Shown: piece by piece, positions 27,453 to 38,394 of the stretch | Position numbering within the stretch: position 1 is the stretch's first letter | Layout of the letters: each line of letters opens with the position of its first letter | NCBI GenBank assembly: GCA_964650645.1 | Contig: CAZYUH010000001.1 | Coordinates: 639,202-703,201, forward strand | Length of the DNA stretch: 64,000 nucleotides | Reading direction: 5' to 3' | DNA from: an uncultured Candidatus Saccharibacteria bacterium | Lineage (GTDB): Bacteria; Patescibacteriota; Minisyncoccia; Phycocordibacterales; SBAW01 | The notes under the pieces: generated by a model | Told to the model about the DNA's origin: nothing | The model's input: the letters and a program-made list of their open reading frames with translations, nothing else | Databases searched by the model: none | Program-made: the position numbers and the translations under genes

Positions 27453-28478
27453 TTATTCCTCGCCCATCTTCACGACCGGCCCGCGCCTGGACGACTGAAT
27501 GTCCTCGGGACGCTTGGGCATGACATGCAGGGCCGGCAGATCGGCCGCGTCGAGGTTCGGCATGGGCACGGACGATTTTTCCGGGGATTCGGGCACCAGC
27601 TCGACTGGCGCGGCGGGCTTTTGCGGTTGCGCCGGGGGCGGCGTTGCGGGAGCCGGCGCAGGGTGCGGCTTCGGGGGCTGGGGTGCGGATTCGGGTGCAG
27701 GCAGATTCAGCTCGGCTACCATAGGCAAAAGGCTGTGGTTGGGGTGGATGTCTACCCTTGATAGGGGTACAGGCATTTTTTGCGAGGGTACAGGTACCCC
27801 CGGAAGGGGCACAGGCGTATTTTTCTGCGCCGCAGGAGCCGGCGGCACTGCGGGCGCGGGCGTTGGCGCCGCGGGAGGAAAGGGGTTCGGCGACAGGTGC
27901 GCCGGCACGGGCCTGAGGCCCGCAAGCGCAGGAACCGACGCGGGCCAGGCGGCCGCCTTCCCTGCGGGCGCGTCGTGGCGGCGCATTATCCACACGAACG
28001 CGGCCCACACGGCCCCGAAGGCGGCCAGCCACCCGGAATAGATCCCGAACAGGAGCCCCCACCCCACGGCGGGCGCCATGGCGTGGACTATGAAGAGCGC
28101 GTACCAGTTGGCGCCCTCGAAGCCTTCGACCGCGTCGCGCTTTATGCCGGTAACGTCAAGCTCGACGAAATGGAAGGCCGCGAGGAGCGCGATGAGCAGC
28201 CACTTGAAGAGGAACGCGGGCGCCGCGAGCACTCCCGGCGTCCCGCTCTGGAAGTGCACGAGTATGGCCGCGCCGCCCGAGACGATGATGGCCGCAAGCG
28301 CGACGGCCCGTATGGAGCGCGCGGCGCGCACGAAGCCGAATACCGTCTCGCTCTTGTGCGCGTGCAGGGAAAGCAGGTGGCCGACCAGCGTGACGGTAAG
28401 CGCCCCTACCCCCGCGATAATGCCCCACTCTTGCGTTAAAGACGCCAAAAGCGATAGGAGTTCCCCCGCCAATACCAT
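27453..28478 (-). CDS. Membrane protein with Pro/Ala-rich C-terminal tail, hypothetical
   Basis: N-terminal 6 TM helices then PAPAVPPAPAAQ...PPKPHPAPAPATPPPAQPQKP. Confidence 0.4.
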   Translation of the reverse strand: MVLAGELLSLLASLTQEWGIIAGVGALTVTLVGHLLSLHAHKSETVFGFVRAARSIRAVALAAIIVSGGAAILVHFQSGTPGVLAAPAFLFKWLLIALLAAFHFVELDVTGIKRDAVEGFEGANWYALFIVHAMAPAVGWGLLFGIYSGWLAAFGAVWAAFVWIMRRHDAPAGKAAAWPASVPALAGLRPVPAHLSPNPFPPAAPTPAPAVPPAPAAQKNTPVPLPGVPVPSQKMPVPLSRVDIHPNHSLLPMVAELNLPAPESAPQPPKPHPAPAPATPPPAQPQKPAAPVELVPESPEKSSVPMPNLDAADLPALHVMPKRPEDIQSSRRGPVVKMGEE

Positions 28479-28479
28479 G

Positions 28480-28721
28480 CCCTTAGCGTAGCATGGGTTT
28501 TAGGCAGGTTGCCCGCCGGCCCGGCATTGCTGCGGCCGTCCACCAGTACGAAAAAACCTGCCTCAAGGCAGTCTTTCGTGTCTTTGTGGTCACAGATACT
28601 CCAGTCGCCGCCGCGACCGGATTTCCGCGCCCCCGACTCGCTCCCGCGCCTGCTGGCGCGGGGCCCGCTCCGTCTTCCACAAACGCGAAAGTGCATGCCC
28701 CGGCATGCACTTCTCGTCGCT
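28480..28721. repeat. tRNA-linked hairpin-array element, locus D (partial family member)
   Basis: Contains the family motifs ccgtccaccagtacgaaaaaacctgcctcaaggcag and ttgtggtcac plus nested hairpins (gcatgccccggcatgc); lies immediately 3' of tRNA-Ala(GGC). Confidence 0.5.
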
Positions 28722-28723
28722 TG

Positions 28724-28796
28724 TGGACCCTACCGGGATCGAACCGGTCACCTCTTCCATGCCATGGAAGCGCTCTACCAAATGAGCTAAGGGCCC
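28724..28796 (-). tRNA. tRNA-Ala (anticodon GGC)
   Basis: Minus strand GGGCCCTTAGCTCATTTGGTAGAGCGCTTCCATGGCATGGAAGAGGTGACCGGTTCGATCCCGGTAGGGTCCA; G3:U70, anticodon loop AT-GGC-AT; CCA not encoded. Confidence 0.85.
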
Positions 28797-28829
28797 AAGA
28801 CCTCTACTGTAGCAAATAGAAGAGGATTT

Positions 28830-29066
28830 TTAAAGAATCACCGTCGCGCCCTCGAAGCGGATTTCCAGCACGCCTCCGTCTATGGGAAACACCTTCGGCT
28901 CCTCGCCGGGCGCCAGGCGCACGCGCAGATCGCCTTTCTTGAGCGTCGTGATGAGCGGCTCGTGGTGCGTCAGCACGGTCATGTCGCCGGCGGCGCCGGG
29001 CGCGTTCAGGCTGTACGCATCGCCCTCGAAGAGGGTCTCGTTTACTTTCGCGATTATCAGGCGCAT
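28830..29066 (-). CDS. atpC: ATP synthase F1 epsilon subunit (short form)
   Basis: 78 aa beta-sandwich part only; position after atpD. Confidence 0.8.
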   Translation of the reverse strand: MRLIIAKVNETLFEGDAYSLNAPGAAGDMTVLTHHEPLITTLKKGDLRVRLAPGEEPKVFPIDGGVLEIRFEGATVIL

Positions 29067-29071
29067 GGGTC

Positions 29072-31374
<2,303 letters not shown>

Positions 31375-31388
<14 letters not shown>

Positions 31389-32928
31389 GGGTTTTCTTGA
31401 ACGAGTCGAGCTGCAGCTTGAGCTCCTCCTCGGTCTGCGAGGCGATATCGCGCGACTTCGCGATGCTCGCGAGCACCTCGGGACGCTCTGCGTCGAGGTA
31501 CGCGAGGAACTTCTCCTCGAACTCGGGAACCTTGTCGAGCGGGACGGAGGCGAGGTAGCCGTTGACGGACGCGTATATGGCGACCGCCTGGCGCTCGAAC
31601 GGGAGCGGCCGGCCGTTCTTCTGGCGCAGGGTCGCCATCATGCGCTGGCCGGCGTCGATGCGCCGCTTGGTGTCCTGGTCGAGGTCCTGCGAGAACTGCA
31701 TGAAGGCCTCGAGCTCGCGGAACTGCGCCAGCTCGAGCTTGATGCGGCCCGATACCTTCTTCATGGCCTTGGTCTGCGCGGCGGAGCCCACGCGCGACAC
31801 CGAGTTGCCGGCGTTTATGGCCGGGCGGACGCCCTTGTTGAAGAGGTCCGTTTCGAGGAATATCTGGCCGTCGGTGATGGAAATGACGTTGGTCGGCACG
31901 TAGGCGGAGATGTCGTTCTCCTGCGTCTCGATGATGGGGAGCGCGGTGAGCGAGCCGCCGCCGAGCCTGTCGGAGAGCTTCGCGGCGCGCTCAAGCAGGC
32001 GCGAGTGCAGGTAGAAGATGTCGCCCGGGTACGCCTCGCGGCCCGGCGGGCGGCGCAGGAGGAGCGAGAGCTGGCGGTACGCCACCGCGTGCTTGGAAAG
32101 ATCGTCGTACACGACGAGCGCGTCCTTCCCTTTCTGCATGAAATGCTCGCCTATCGCCGCGCCCGCGAAGGGCGCCAGGTACTGCATGGCGGCCGGCGCC
32201 GAGGCGCCCGCGTCTACGATTATGGTGTAGCCGAGCGCGCCGCGCTCGCGCAGGCGCTGGACGAGGCGCGAAGTCTTCGATTCCTTCTGGCCGATGGATA
32301 CGTAGATGCAGACGGGACGGGTCTCTTCGGGCTCGCTCTTCTGGTTGAGGATGGCGTCTATCGCGAGCGTCGTCTTGCCGGTGCCGCGGTCGCCAATGAT
32401 GAGCTCGCGCTGGCCGCGGCCTATCGGAATCATGGAGTCGACGGCCTTGGTGCCGGTGTGCAGCGGCACGTTGACCGACTGGCGGTCGATGACGCCGTAG
32501 GCCTCGCGCTCTATAGGGCCGCGCGAGGAAGCCTTGACGGGGCCCTGGCCGTCGAGCGGCTCGCCCAGGGGCGAGACGACGCGGCCCAGAAGCTCCTCGC
32601 CCACCGGCAAAGACAGCATCTCGCCGGTGGCGTACACGTCCATTCCCTCGCGCACCAAGCCCGTGTCGCCCAAAATGATGACGCGCGCGGACTCCTCCTC
32701 GAGGTTGAGCACCACGCCGTACACCTTGGCCTTCGAGCTAACGGCGCCCTGGAGCGACTTGCCGTGGGCGTCGTCGAACCGGACCATTTCCGACATGCGC
32801 ACGCCCGGAAGGCCCTCGACTTGCGCCACGCCGTCGCCGACGCGGATTACGGAGCCGGCATCGCCCTGGCGCGGCGACGGCTCGAACTTCTCCAGCTTCT
32901 CCTTGAACTGTCCTATGAATTCGTTCAT
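31375..32928 (-). CDS. atpA: ATP synthase F1 alpha subunit
   Basis: Walker A GDRGTGKT, full-length AtpA similarity. Confidence 0.95.
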
Positions 32929-33485
32929 GCGGTGAGTGTCCGATAGAGCTCTAGCAATATGCGCGTCTGGGCCTGGTGCGGGCTTTCCTCTTTATGCTGG
33001 GCGGTCTTGGCGTCGCGCTCGACGAGCCTCTCGTACTCGGCGATGATGCGTGGCAGGGACTTCTCCATGCCGAGCACGATGAGCTTGGCGACATCCTCGC
33101 GCGTTTCCGCGACGGCCTTCGCCTTCTCCTCGCGCGCCTGCGCCTCCGCCTGCGCGATGATGAACTCGGCGCGCTTGCCGGCCTCGTCTACCAGCTCGCG
33201 CTCGCGCTCGGCCGCGCGGGCGCGGGCGCGCGCGAGCAGCTCATCGACCTCCTGCGCCGCCTTGGCGAGCATGGCCTCGCGCTCGCCCTCCACTTCGCGG
33301 CGCACGCGCGCGGCCTCCTCGGCGTCCTCCACCCCCTGCTGGACCTTCAGCCTGCGCTCCTCGAGCATGCCCGTGAGCGGCCCGTACAAAAAGTAGTACA
33401 GGACGGCCAGAAGCACCCCGAAGTTGACCAGGTTTATGACAAGCAGTCGCCAGTCGATACCAAAGGCTGAAAACAGTTGTCCCAT
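32925..33485 (-). CDS. atpF: ATP synthase Fo b subunit
   Basis: N-terminal TM helix then long charged coiled-coil (AEEAARVRREVEGEREAMLAKAAQEVDELLARARARAAE). Confidence 0.7.
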   Translation of the reverse strand: MGQLFSAFGIDWRLLVINLVNFGVLLAVLYYFLYGPLTGMLEERRLKVQQGVEDAEEAARVRREVEGEREAMLAKAAQEVDELLARARARAAERERELVDEAGKRAEFIIAQAEAQAREEKAKAVAETREDVAKLIVLGMEKSLPRIIAEYERLVERDAKTAQHKEESPHQAQTRILLELYRTLTA

Positions 33486-33503
33486 AGGAGGGGCGGAAAG
33501 CGG

Positions 33504-33731
33504 TTAAACGAAGCGGATAATAAACGACACGACCAGGGCCAATATGCCGAGCGCCTCGGTAAAGACGATGCCCAGGATCATGTTGGACGATATCTTGTCG
33601 GACGCGTCAGGATTGCGGCCGAGTGCGTCCATGGCGCGGCTCGCGATGATGCCGATGCCGATGCTGGGCCCGAGTACGCCGATAGCTGCTGCTATGGCCA
33701 TAGCGATAAGACGTGCGGATTCAAGTTCCAT
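33504..33731 (-). CDS. atpE: ATP synthase Fo c subunit
   Basis: 75-aa hairpin proteolipid with GPSIGIGI and conserved carboxylate helix. Confidence 0.8.
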   Translation of the reverse strand: MELESARLIAMAIAAAIGVLGPSIGIGIIASRAMDALGRNPDASDKISSNMILGIVFTEALGILALVVSFIIRFV

Positions 33732-33804
33732 GCTAAAAAATTTAACGATTAATGCCCGTTTGCGCCCACTATACCACCCATGCGCCCGTTTGGCACGCTA
33801 CGGC

Positions 33805-34605
33805 CTAGTGCGCGCGGGCGGGCGCGTGCTCCAAGGCGTGCTCGCCGTGCGGCATGGCGACCGCCAGCTTGATGAACACGAGGGTTAGCATGGCGAAGAC
33901 CGCCGCCTGCACGAAGCCCACGAAGAGCTCGAAGACCATGAGCGGCACGGGCGCGATGTAGGGCATGAAGAGCGCGACGACCGACAGGAGCACCTCGCCG
34001 GCGAAGATGTTGCCGAAGAGGCGGAACGAGAACGAGATGAAGCGCGAGAGCTCGGACACGAACTCGACGAGCCCGACGAAGAACTTGAGCGGCGACTTGA
34101 GGTTGAAGAACTTCCCCGCGTAGCGCCATACGCCGAGCGCCAAAATGCCCGCGATTTGCGTGGAAAGCACCGCGACGATGGACAGCGCGAGCGTGGCGTT
34201 GAGGTCCGTGTTGACGGCGTGGAAGAGCGGGATGAACTCGTCGCCGTGGTGGATGCCCACGCTGCCGAAGAAAGGCAGGAAGTCGAAGAGGTTGGAGGTG
34301 AAGATGAAGAGGAAGATGGTCACGATGAGCGGGAAATACTGCACCGCCAGCTTGCGGCTGCCCAGCGTCTGCTCCATGAAATCGAGGACGAAATCGAACA
34401 GCATTTCGAACACGTTCTGGAGGCCGCGCGGCACCATCTGCGGCTTGCGCCCCACTATGAAGGCGACAACGCCCAGCACCACGACGACCATCCACGCGGC
34501 CATGAGCGTATTGGGAATGGGAATGCCCCATAGGGTAAAGAGGCGTTCCGAGGCGAACGAGATATGCAGGCCCTCTTCCATAGTTGCGCTTATTTTAGCA
34601 CGCAT
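33805..34605 (-). CDS. atpB: ATP synthase Fo a subunit
   Basis: 5-6 TM helices, conserved Arg region (LSELSRFISFSFRLFGNIFAGE). Confidence 0.8.
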   Translation of the reverse strand: MRAKISATMEEGLHISFASERLFTLWGIPIPNTLMAAWMVVVVLGVVAFIVGRKPQMVPRGLQNVFEMLFDFVLDFMEQTLGSRKLAVQYFPLIVTIFLFIFTSNLFDFLPFFGSVGIHHGDEFIPLFHAVNTDLNATLALSIVAVLSTQIAGILALGVWRYAGKFFNLKSPLKFFVGLVEFVSELSRFISFSFRLFGNIFAGEVLLSVVALFMPYIAPVPLMVFELFVGFVQAAVFAMLTLVFIKLAVAMPHGEHALEHAPARAH

Positions 34606-34620
34606 TCGCGGAAAAAATAA

Positions 34621-34646
34621 GGGGCCGGCAGCGTTCGCTGCCGGCC
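34621..34646 (-). terminator. Rho-independent terminator
   Basis: GGGCCGGCAGCG-TTC-GCTGCCGGCCC perfect 12-bp stem, followed on the minus strand by CTTATTTTTTCC. Confidence 0.65.
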
Positions 34647-34659
34647 CTTCCCCTTTCCG

Positions 34660-35007
34660 CTACCTCGCGCCGCTCCCTTCTTCCAGCGCACGCGAATGCT
34701 CCAGGAATTCCTCCCACTCGCGCGTCAGGAGCGCCCATCCGCCCACTGCCGGCTCGCGCTCATCGCTTAGCTGGACCTTCTTCACATCCCAGAACACGAT
34801 CTTGGTCCCTTCCCGGGGCGCATCGTGCGGCTTGGCCTTCGAGAGCGCAGGCGGCTGTTTCGGCCCTTTGGAAAAATCCGCCTCGTGGTACTGGTTTACG
34901 TGGAAGAAGTAACGCTTGCCATTATCGCCGATGCAGAAGCCGAACTCTTTTTTAGGATTGAAGCTCGTGACATAAGCGGAATTGAACGTTTCAAACACGG
35001 AACCCAT
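34660..35007 (-). CDS. Cold-shock-domain-like protein
   Basis: MGSVFETFNSAYVTSFNPKKEFGFCIGDNGKRYFFHVNQ resembles the CspA RNP1 region (GFGFI); start uncertain, alternative Met at 35097. Confidence 0.4.
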   Translation of the reverse strand: MGSVFETFNSAYVTSFNPKKEFGFCIGDNGKRYFFHVNQYHEADFSKGPKQPPALSKAKPHDAPREGTKIVFWDVKKVQLSDEREPAVGGWALLTREWEEFLEHSRALEEGSGAR

Positions 35008-35235
35008 ACACTCAACACCCTTGTGTGCGAATACCCCGCCTGGACGATCCTTTGAGCCCGGCACTGCGCCAAGCGCCGGCGGTACTCTGCCGCTCATTAC
35101 ACACGAATAATTATAAAGCGTCAATTTGCGCGAAAAGCGGCGTATACTTAAGTGCGGTAAGCGGGGCCGTGCCGTGTCGTCTTCACTGTAGGCAGTACAT
35201 GGACGCATTAGCAATCAAGAATATAACACAATATT

Positions 35236-35790
35236 ATGCCATTTATAGCAATAGCCATCGCGGCAGTGCTCGCCATAGGCGGCGGCGCATCCGTGGCGGC
35301 AAACAGCAGCCTCCCGGGCGATGCGCTGTACGGGTTCAAGATCGGCGTGAACGAGAAGGTGGAGAGCGCCCTCTCGTTCTCCGATGAGGCCCGCGCCGAG
35401 GAGAACCTGGAAGCCATAGCGGAGCGCCGCTCCGAGGCCGAGAAGCTCAGGGCTGAGGGCAAGCTCGACGCGAAGGCAGAGGCGAGCCTTAACGCCAACA
35501 TCGACGCGCACGCCGCGGCGTTCGCCAACGCGCTCGCGAAGGTGAAGGCGAACGGCAGCGCCCAAGCGGTCGCGAACCTCGAAGCGAAGCTCCAGGCGGC
35601 GCTCGACGCGGCGGTCTCCGCCAATGCATCCGCAGGCGCGAACGCCAATGCGAACATGAACTCCAATTCGCAGGGTTCCGCGACCGGCACCGCCAACTCG
35701 TCCAGCGCATCAAGCCAGGACGATGACGGCACCCCCGACCAGGGCCACGGCGACGCGGAGTCGCACGGCGGCATCAAGGTCGACCTCTAA
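35236..35790 (+). CDS. Secreted DUF5667-like protein with Ala/Asn-rich low-complexity region
   Basis: Signal/TM N-terminus then SLPGDALYGFKIGVNEK motif typical of DUF5667. Confidence 0.5.
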   Translation: MPFIAIAIAAVLAIGGGASVAANSSLPGDALYGFKIGVNEKVESALSFSDEARAEENLEAIAERRSEAEKLRAEGKLDAKAEASLNANIDAHAAAFANALAKVKANGSAQAVANLEAKLQAALDAAVSANASAGANANANMNSNSQGSATGTANSSSASSQDDDGTPDQGHGDAESHGGIKVDL

Positions 35791-35817
35791 TAATTTGCCG
35801 CAATAAGCGCTATGGCG

Positions 35818-35845
35818 AAAGCCGCCCGCACGGGCGGCTTTGTCA
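35818..35845 (+). terminator. Rho-independent terminator (probably bidirectional with uppS)
   Basis: GCCGCCCG-CAC-GGGCGGC followed by TTTGTC. Confidence 0.55.
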
Positions 35846-36523
35846 TGTGCCCATGCGCCGCTCACGCGCGGCGTACTCCTCCAGCACCGCCTCCAGGTCC
35901 TTTTTTGAAAAATCGGGCCAGAGCTTGTCTAAAAAGAACAGCTCGCTGTAGGCGCCCTGCCACAGGAGGAAGTTCGACAGCCGCTTCTCTCCGCCCGTGC
36001 GAATGATAATGTCAGGGTCCGGCATCTGCGCGCTCCAGAAACGCGCGCGCAATGAGTCCTCGGTTATCTCCTTCCCTTCGGCGGCGAGCGCGCGGGCCGC
36101 CTCGGCTATCTCGGCGCGCCCGCCGTAGGACAGGCAGCACCAGAGCGTCATCTGCGTGTTATGCGCGGTCGCGCGCTCGGCATCAGCCATTCCCTTTTGA
36201 AGCTCGTCGCCGAAGCGCTCCCGCTGGCCGGCGAACCTGATTCGGATACCCTCGCCGCCCATGTCAGCCGCGTGCTTCTGCATGTTTTCCCTGAACAGCT
36301 CCAGCAGGTAGGCGATTTCGGCCGGCTCGCGGCTCCAGTTCTCCGTCGAGAGCATGAATGCGGCAAGATGGCGGATGCCGAGATCCCGCGCATCAAGGGC
36401 CGCCTGGCGCAGCGTATCCTGCAGGCCGGCGCGGTGCCCTTCGAGCGAGGGCAGGCCTTTCTCCTTCGCCCAGCGGCGGTTGCCGTCGAGTATGATGCCC
36501 ACGCATGCCGGTATACGCTCCAT
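35843..36523 (-). CDS. uppS: Ditrans,polycis-undecaprenyl-diphosphate synthase
   Basis: GIILDGNRRWAKEKGL, ENWSR, RTGGEKRLSNFLLWQ motifs. Confidence 0.85.
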   Translation of the reverse strand: MERIPACVGIILDGNRRWAKEKGLPSLEGHRAGLQDTLRQAALDARDLGIRHLAAFMLSTENWSREPAEIAYLLELFRENMQKHAADMGGEGIRIRFAGQRERFGDELQKGMADAERATAHNTQMTLWCCLSYGGRAEIAEAARALAAEGKEITEDSLRARFWSAQMPDPDIIIRTGGEKRLSNFLLWQGAYSELFFLDKLWPDFSKKDLEAVLEEYAARERRMGT

Positions 36524-36537
36524 ACGCGGATATAACG

Positions 36538-36810
36538 CTACCAGGCTATGCGGAAGTCACCGTACGCCTGCCCGGGCTCGCGCCACGAGGCGTCTACCGC
36601 GTCGACACGCGACAGGAAGGAGCCTTTGCGCAGGCGCGCGAGCAGGGCTTCAAGCTTATCCTGCGGCCCCTGGGCCAGCACCTCGACCGTGCCGTCTTTC
36701 AGGTTCTTGGCATACCCCGCAAGCCCGAGGCGGCGCGCGTTGCGCGCAACAAAGTCGCGGTACATGACCATTTGCACCCTTCCGCGCACGATGCAGTGCA
36801 GTTCCTTCAT
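36538..36810 (-). CDS. acyP: Acylphosphatase
   Basis: 90 aa; IVRGRVQMVMYRDFV...GYAKNLKDGTVEV matches the acylphosphatase fold signature. Confidence 0.75.
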   Translation of the reverse strand: MKELHCIVRGRVQMVMYRDFVARNARRLGLAGYAKNLKDGTVEVLAQGPQDKLEALLARLRKGSFLSRVDAVDASWREPGQAYGDFRIAW

Positions 36811-36825
36811 ACTGGGACAGTATAG

Positions 36826-37103
36826 CGCAATGCCTTGCAGGGTGGCATTGCTCCGGCCGTCCAGTTTTGTCGTATGTGGTCACAAGTTCGTTTGCGCCGT
36901 CGCGCAAACGCCTCGCGACCCCGGCTCGCCGTCCCGCAAGTGCGGGACATGGCTGCGCCTTCCACTTTGTGGTCAGGGATATTTTCAGCGCCGTCGCGCT
37001 GAAAATTCCACGACCCTGGCTCGGCTGTTTTGCCTGCTGGCAAAACATGCCTCCGCCTTCCACCAGTACGAAAAAATCTGCCTCAAGGCAGATTATTTTC
37101 GTC
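36826..37103. repeat. tRNA-linked hairpin-array element, locus A
   Basis: Series of perfect tetraloop hairpins (GTTTGCGC-CGTC-GCGCAAAC; GTCCCGC-AAGT-GCGGGAC; TTTTCAGCGC-CGTC-GCGCTGAAAA; GTTTTGCC-TGCT-GGCAAAAC) separated by ccactttgtggtca-type flanks, ending in terminator ctgcctcaaggcag+T-tract abutting the tRNA 3' end. Confidence 0.6.
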
Positions 37104-37177
37104 TGGTGGACCCTGCGAGAATCGAACTCGCGCCTGTGCAATGCGAATGCACCGTTTTACCACTTAACTAAGGGCCC
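37104..37177 (-). tRNA. tRNA-Ala (anticodon CGC), CCA encoded
   Basis: Minus strand GGGCCCTTAGTTAAGTGGTAAAACGGTGCATTCGCATTGCACAGGCGCGAGTTCGATTCTCGCAGGGTCCACCA; G3:U70; D-arm atypical. Confidence 0.7.
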
Positions 37178-37178
37178 C

Positions 37179-37267
37179 GGTCGGGATGCCGAGAATCGAA
37201 CTTGCCTCCGGATACACGCACCCGGCGGCAGACCGGATACGCACCCTGCCATATTCGTTCGGAAGCT
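37179..37267 (-). pseudogene. tRNA-like fragment: duplicated tRNA-Pro 3' end (23-bp exact copy of T-arm/acceptor) plus degenerate body
   Basis: ggtcgggatgccgagaatcgaac at 37179-37201 is identical to 37269-37291; no complementary 5' acceptor strand and the T-stem is broken. Confidence 0.35.
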
Positions 37268-37341
37268 TGGTCGGGATGCCGAGAATCGAACTCGGATTAT
37301 ACGCACCCGAAGCGTACGTAATACCATTATACCACATCCCG
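37268..37341 (-). tRNA. tRNA-Pro (anticodon CGG), CCA encoded
   Basis: Minus strand CGGGATGTGGTATAATGGTATTACGTACGCTTCGGGTGCGTATAATCCGAGTTCGATTCTCGGCATCCCGACCA. Confidence 0.75.
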
Positions 37342-37482
37342 ACCAAGCTTCCGACCGGGGCGTACGGCGCCAAGCTACCGCACCCCGATGTGCGAGAACC
37401 TACAAAATATAGCGCAAAAAATGACTTTGCGCACTTGCGCAGGCAAGAAAAAAACCGCCGGCCAAAAGGCCGGCGGCTGTGT

Positions 37483-38361
37483 TCACGCCCCCGCGCGCTC
37501 GACGATGTCCTCGATGAAGCGCGGGAGGGCGAACGCCGCACACTGGACCCGCGGGGTCCAGTACTTGGTCTTGAACCTGCCCGCGAGCGTGTAGCGCCCG
37601 TCGAGCATGTCGGCCGACACCGCCGGAATGAACCGGTCGCTCGCCCACCCTATCGCCATGTGCCCGCCGACGTACGTCGGAATGGCGGCGACATAGCATC
37701 CGGAATGCCCGAACAGGCGGCTGAAATGCCCGAGCGACGACGCCAGCTCCTTCTCCTGGAAGAAGGGAACCCCGTTCTGGGTTACGAGGATGCCGCCGCG
37801 CTTAAGGGCGCGCAGGCACGCTCCGTAGAACTCAAAGGAAAACAGCACCTCGCCCGGCCCCTGCGGATCGGTCGAGTCGACGAGTATGACGTCGAATTCC
37901 TCCGAGTGCGCTTTCGACAAGTACTCCATGCCGTCCATGATGACCGGCTCGAAGCGCGGGTCCGCGAACGCCGGCCCGGCGAACTCCGGGAAGTGCTCCC
38001 GTGAGAATTCGACGACGCGCCGGTCAATTTCGACCTGCACGATGCGCCGCACGTTGCGATGCCTGATTGCCTCCTTGGCGATGCCGCAGTCGCCGCCGCC
38101 GATAATGAGCACGTCCGTCGGATTGTCGTGCGCCATGAGCGGCACATGGGACATCATTTCGTGGTAGACGAACTCGTCGCCCGAAGTTACCTGCACCGCG
38201 CCGTCGAGCATGAGCATCTTGCCGTAGTGCGGATGCTCGAACAGGGCAAGGTGCTGGTGCCCGGTATGCTCTTCGTGAAGCATCCGAAACGCCTTGTAGA
38301 ACGTCTGCACGCCCTTGTCGTTGTGCAGGGTTTCGCTTATCCAGTCGCACTGTCCGCTCAC
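37483..38361 (-). CDS. speE: Polyamine aminopropyltransferase (spermidine synthase)
   Basis: VLIIGGGDCGIAKEAIRH...VDSTDPQGP motifs; GTG start. Confidence 0.85.
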   Translation of the reverse strand: MSGQCDWISETLHNDKGVQTFYKAFRMLHEEHTGHQHLALFEHPHYGKMLMLDGAVQVTSGDEFVYHEMMSHVPLMAHDNPTDVLIIGGGDCGIAKEAIRHRNVRRIVQVEIDRRVVEFSREHFPEFAGPAFADPRFEPVIMDGMEYLSKAHSEEFDVILVDSTDPQGPGEVLFSFEFYGACLRALKRGGILVTQNGVPFFQEKELASSLGHFSRLFGHSGCYVAAIPTYVGGHMAIGWASDRFIPAVSADMLDGRYTLAGRFKTKYWTPRVQCAAFALPRFIEDIVERAGA

Positions 38362-38394
38362 TCGTCTCTCCTTTTGTATGGGCTCTGGAATAGG

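Noticed and set aside
36807-37043. 78-aa minus-strand ORF (MPAGKTAEPGSW...) and the short MSRT(C/G)GTA... ORFs starting at the conserved GGAAGGCGCAGCC-ATG motif inside the hairpin arrays
   Set aside because: Lengths and downstream sequence differ between the repeat copies (9, 15, >40 codons). The conserved ATG is more likely part of a structural or flank motif than a start codon.
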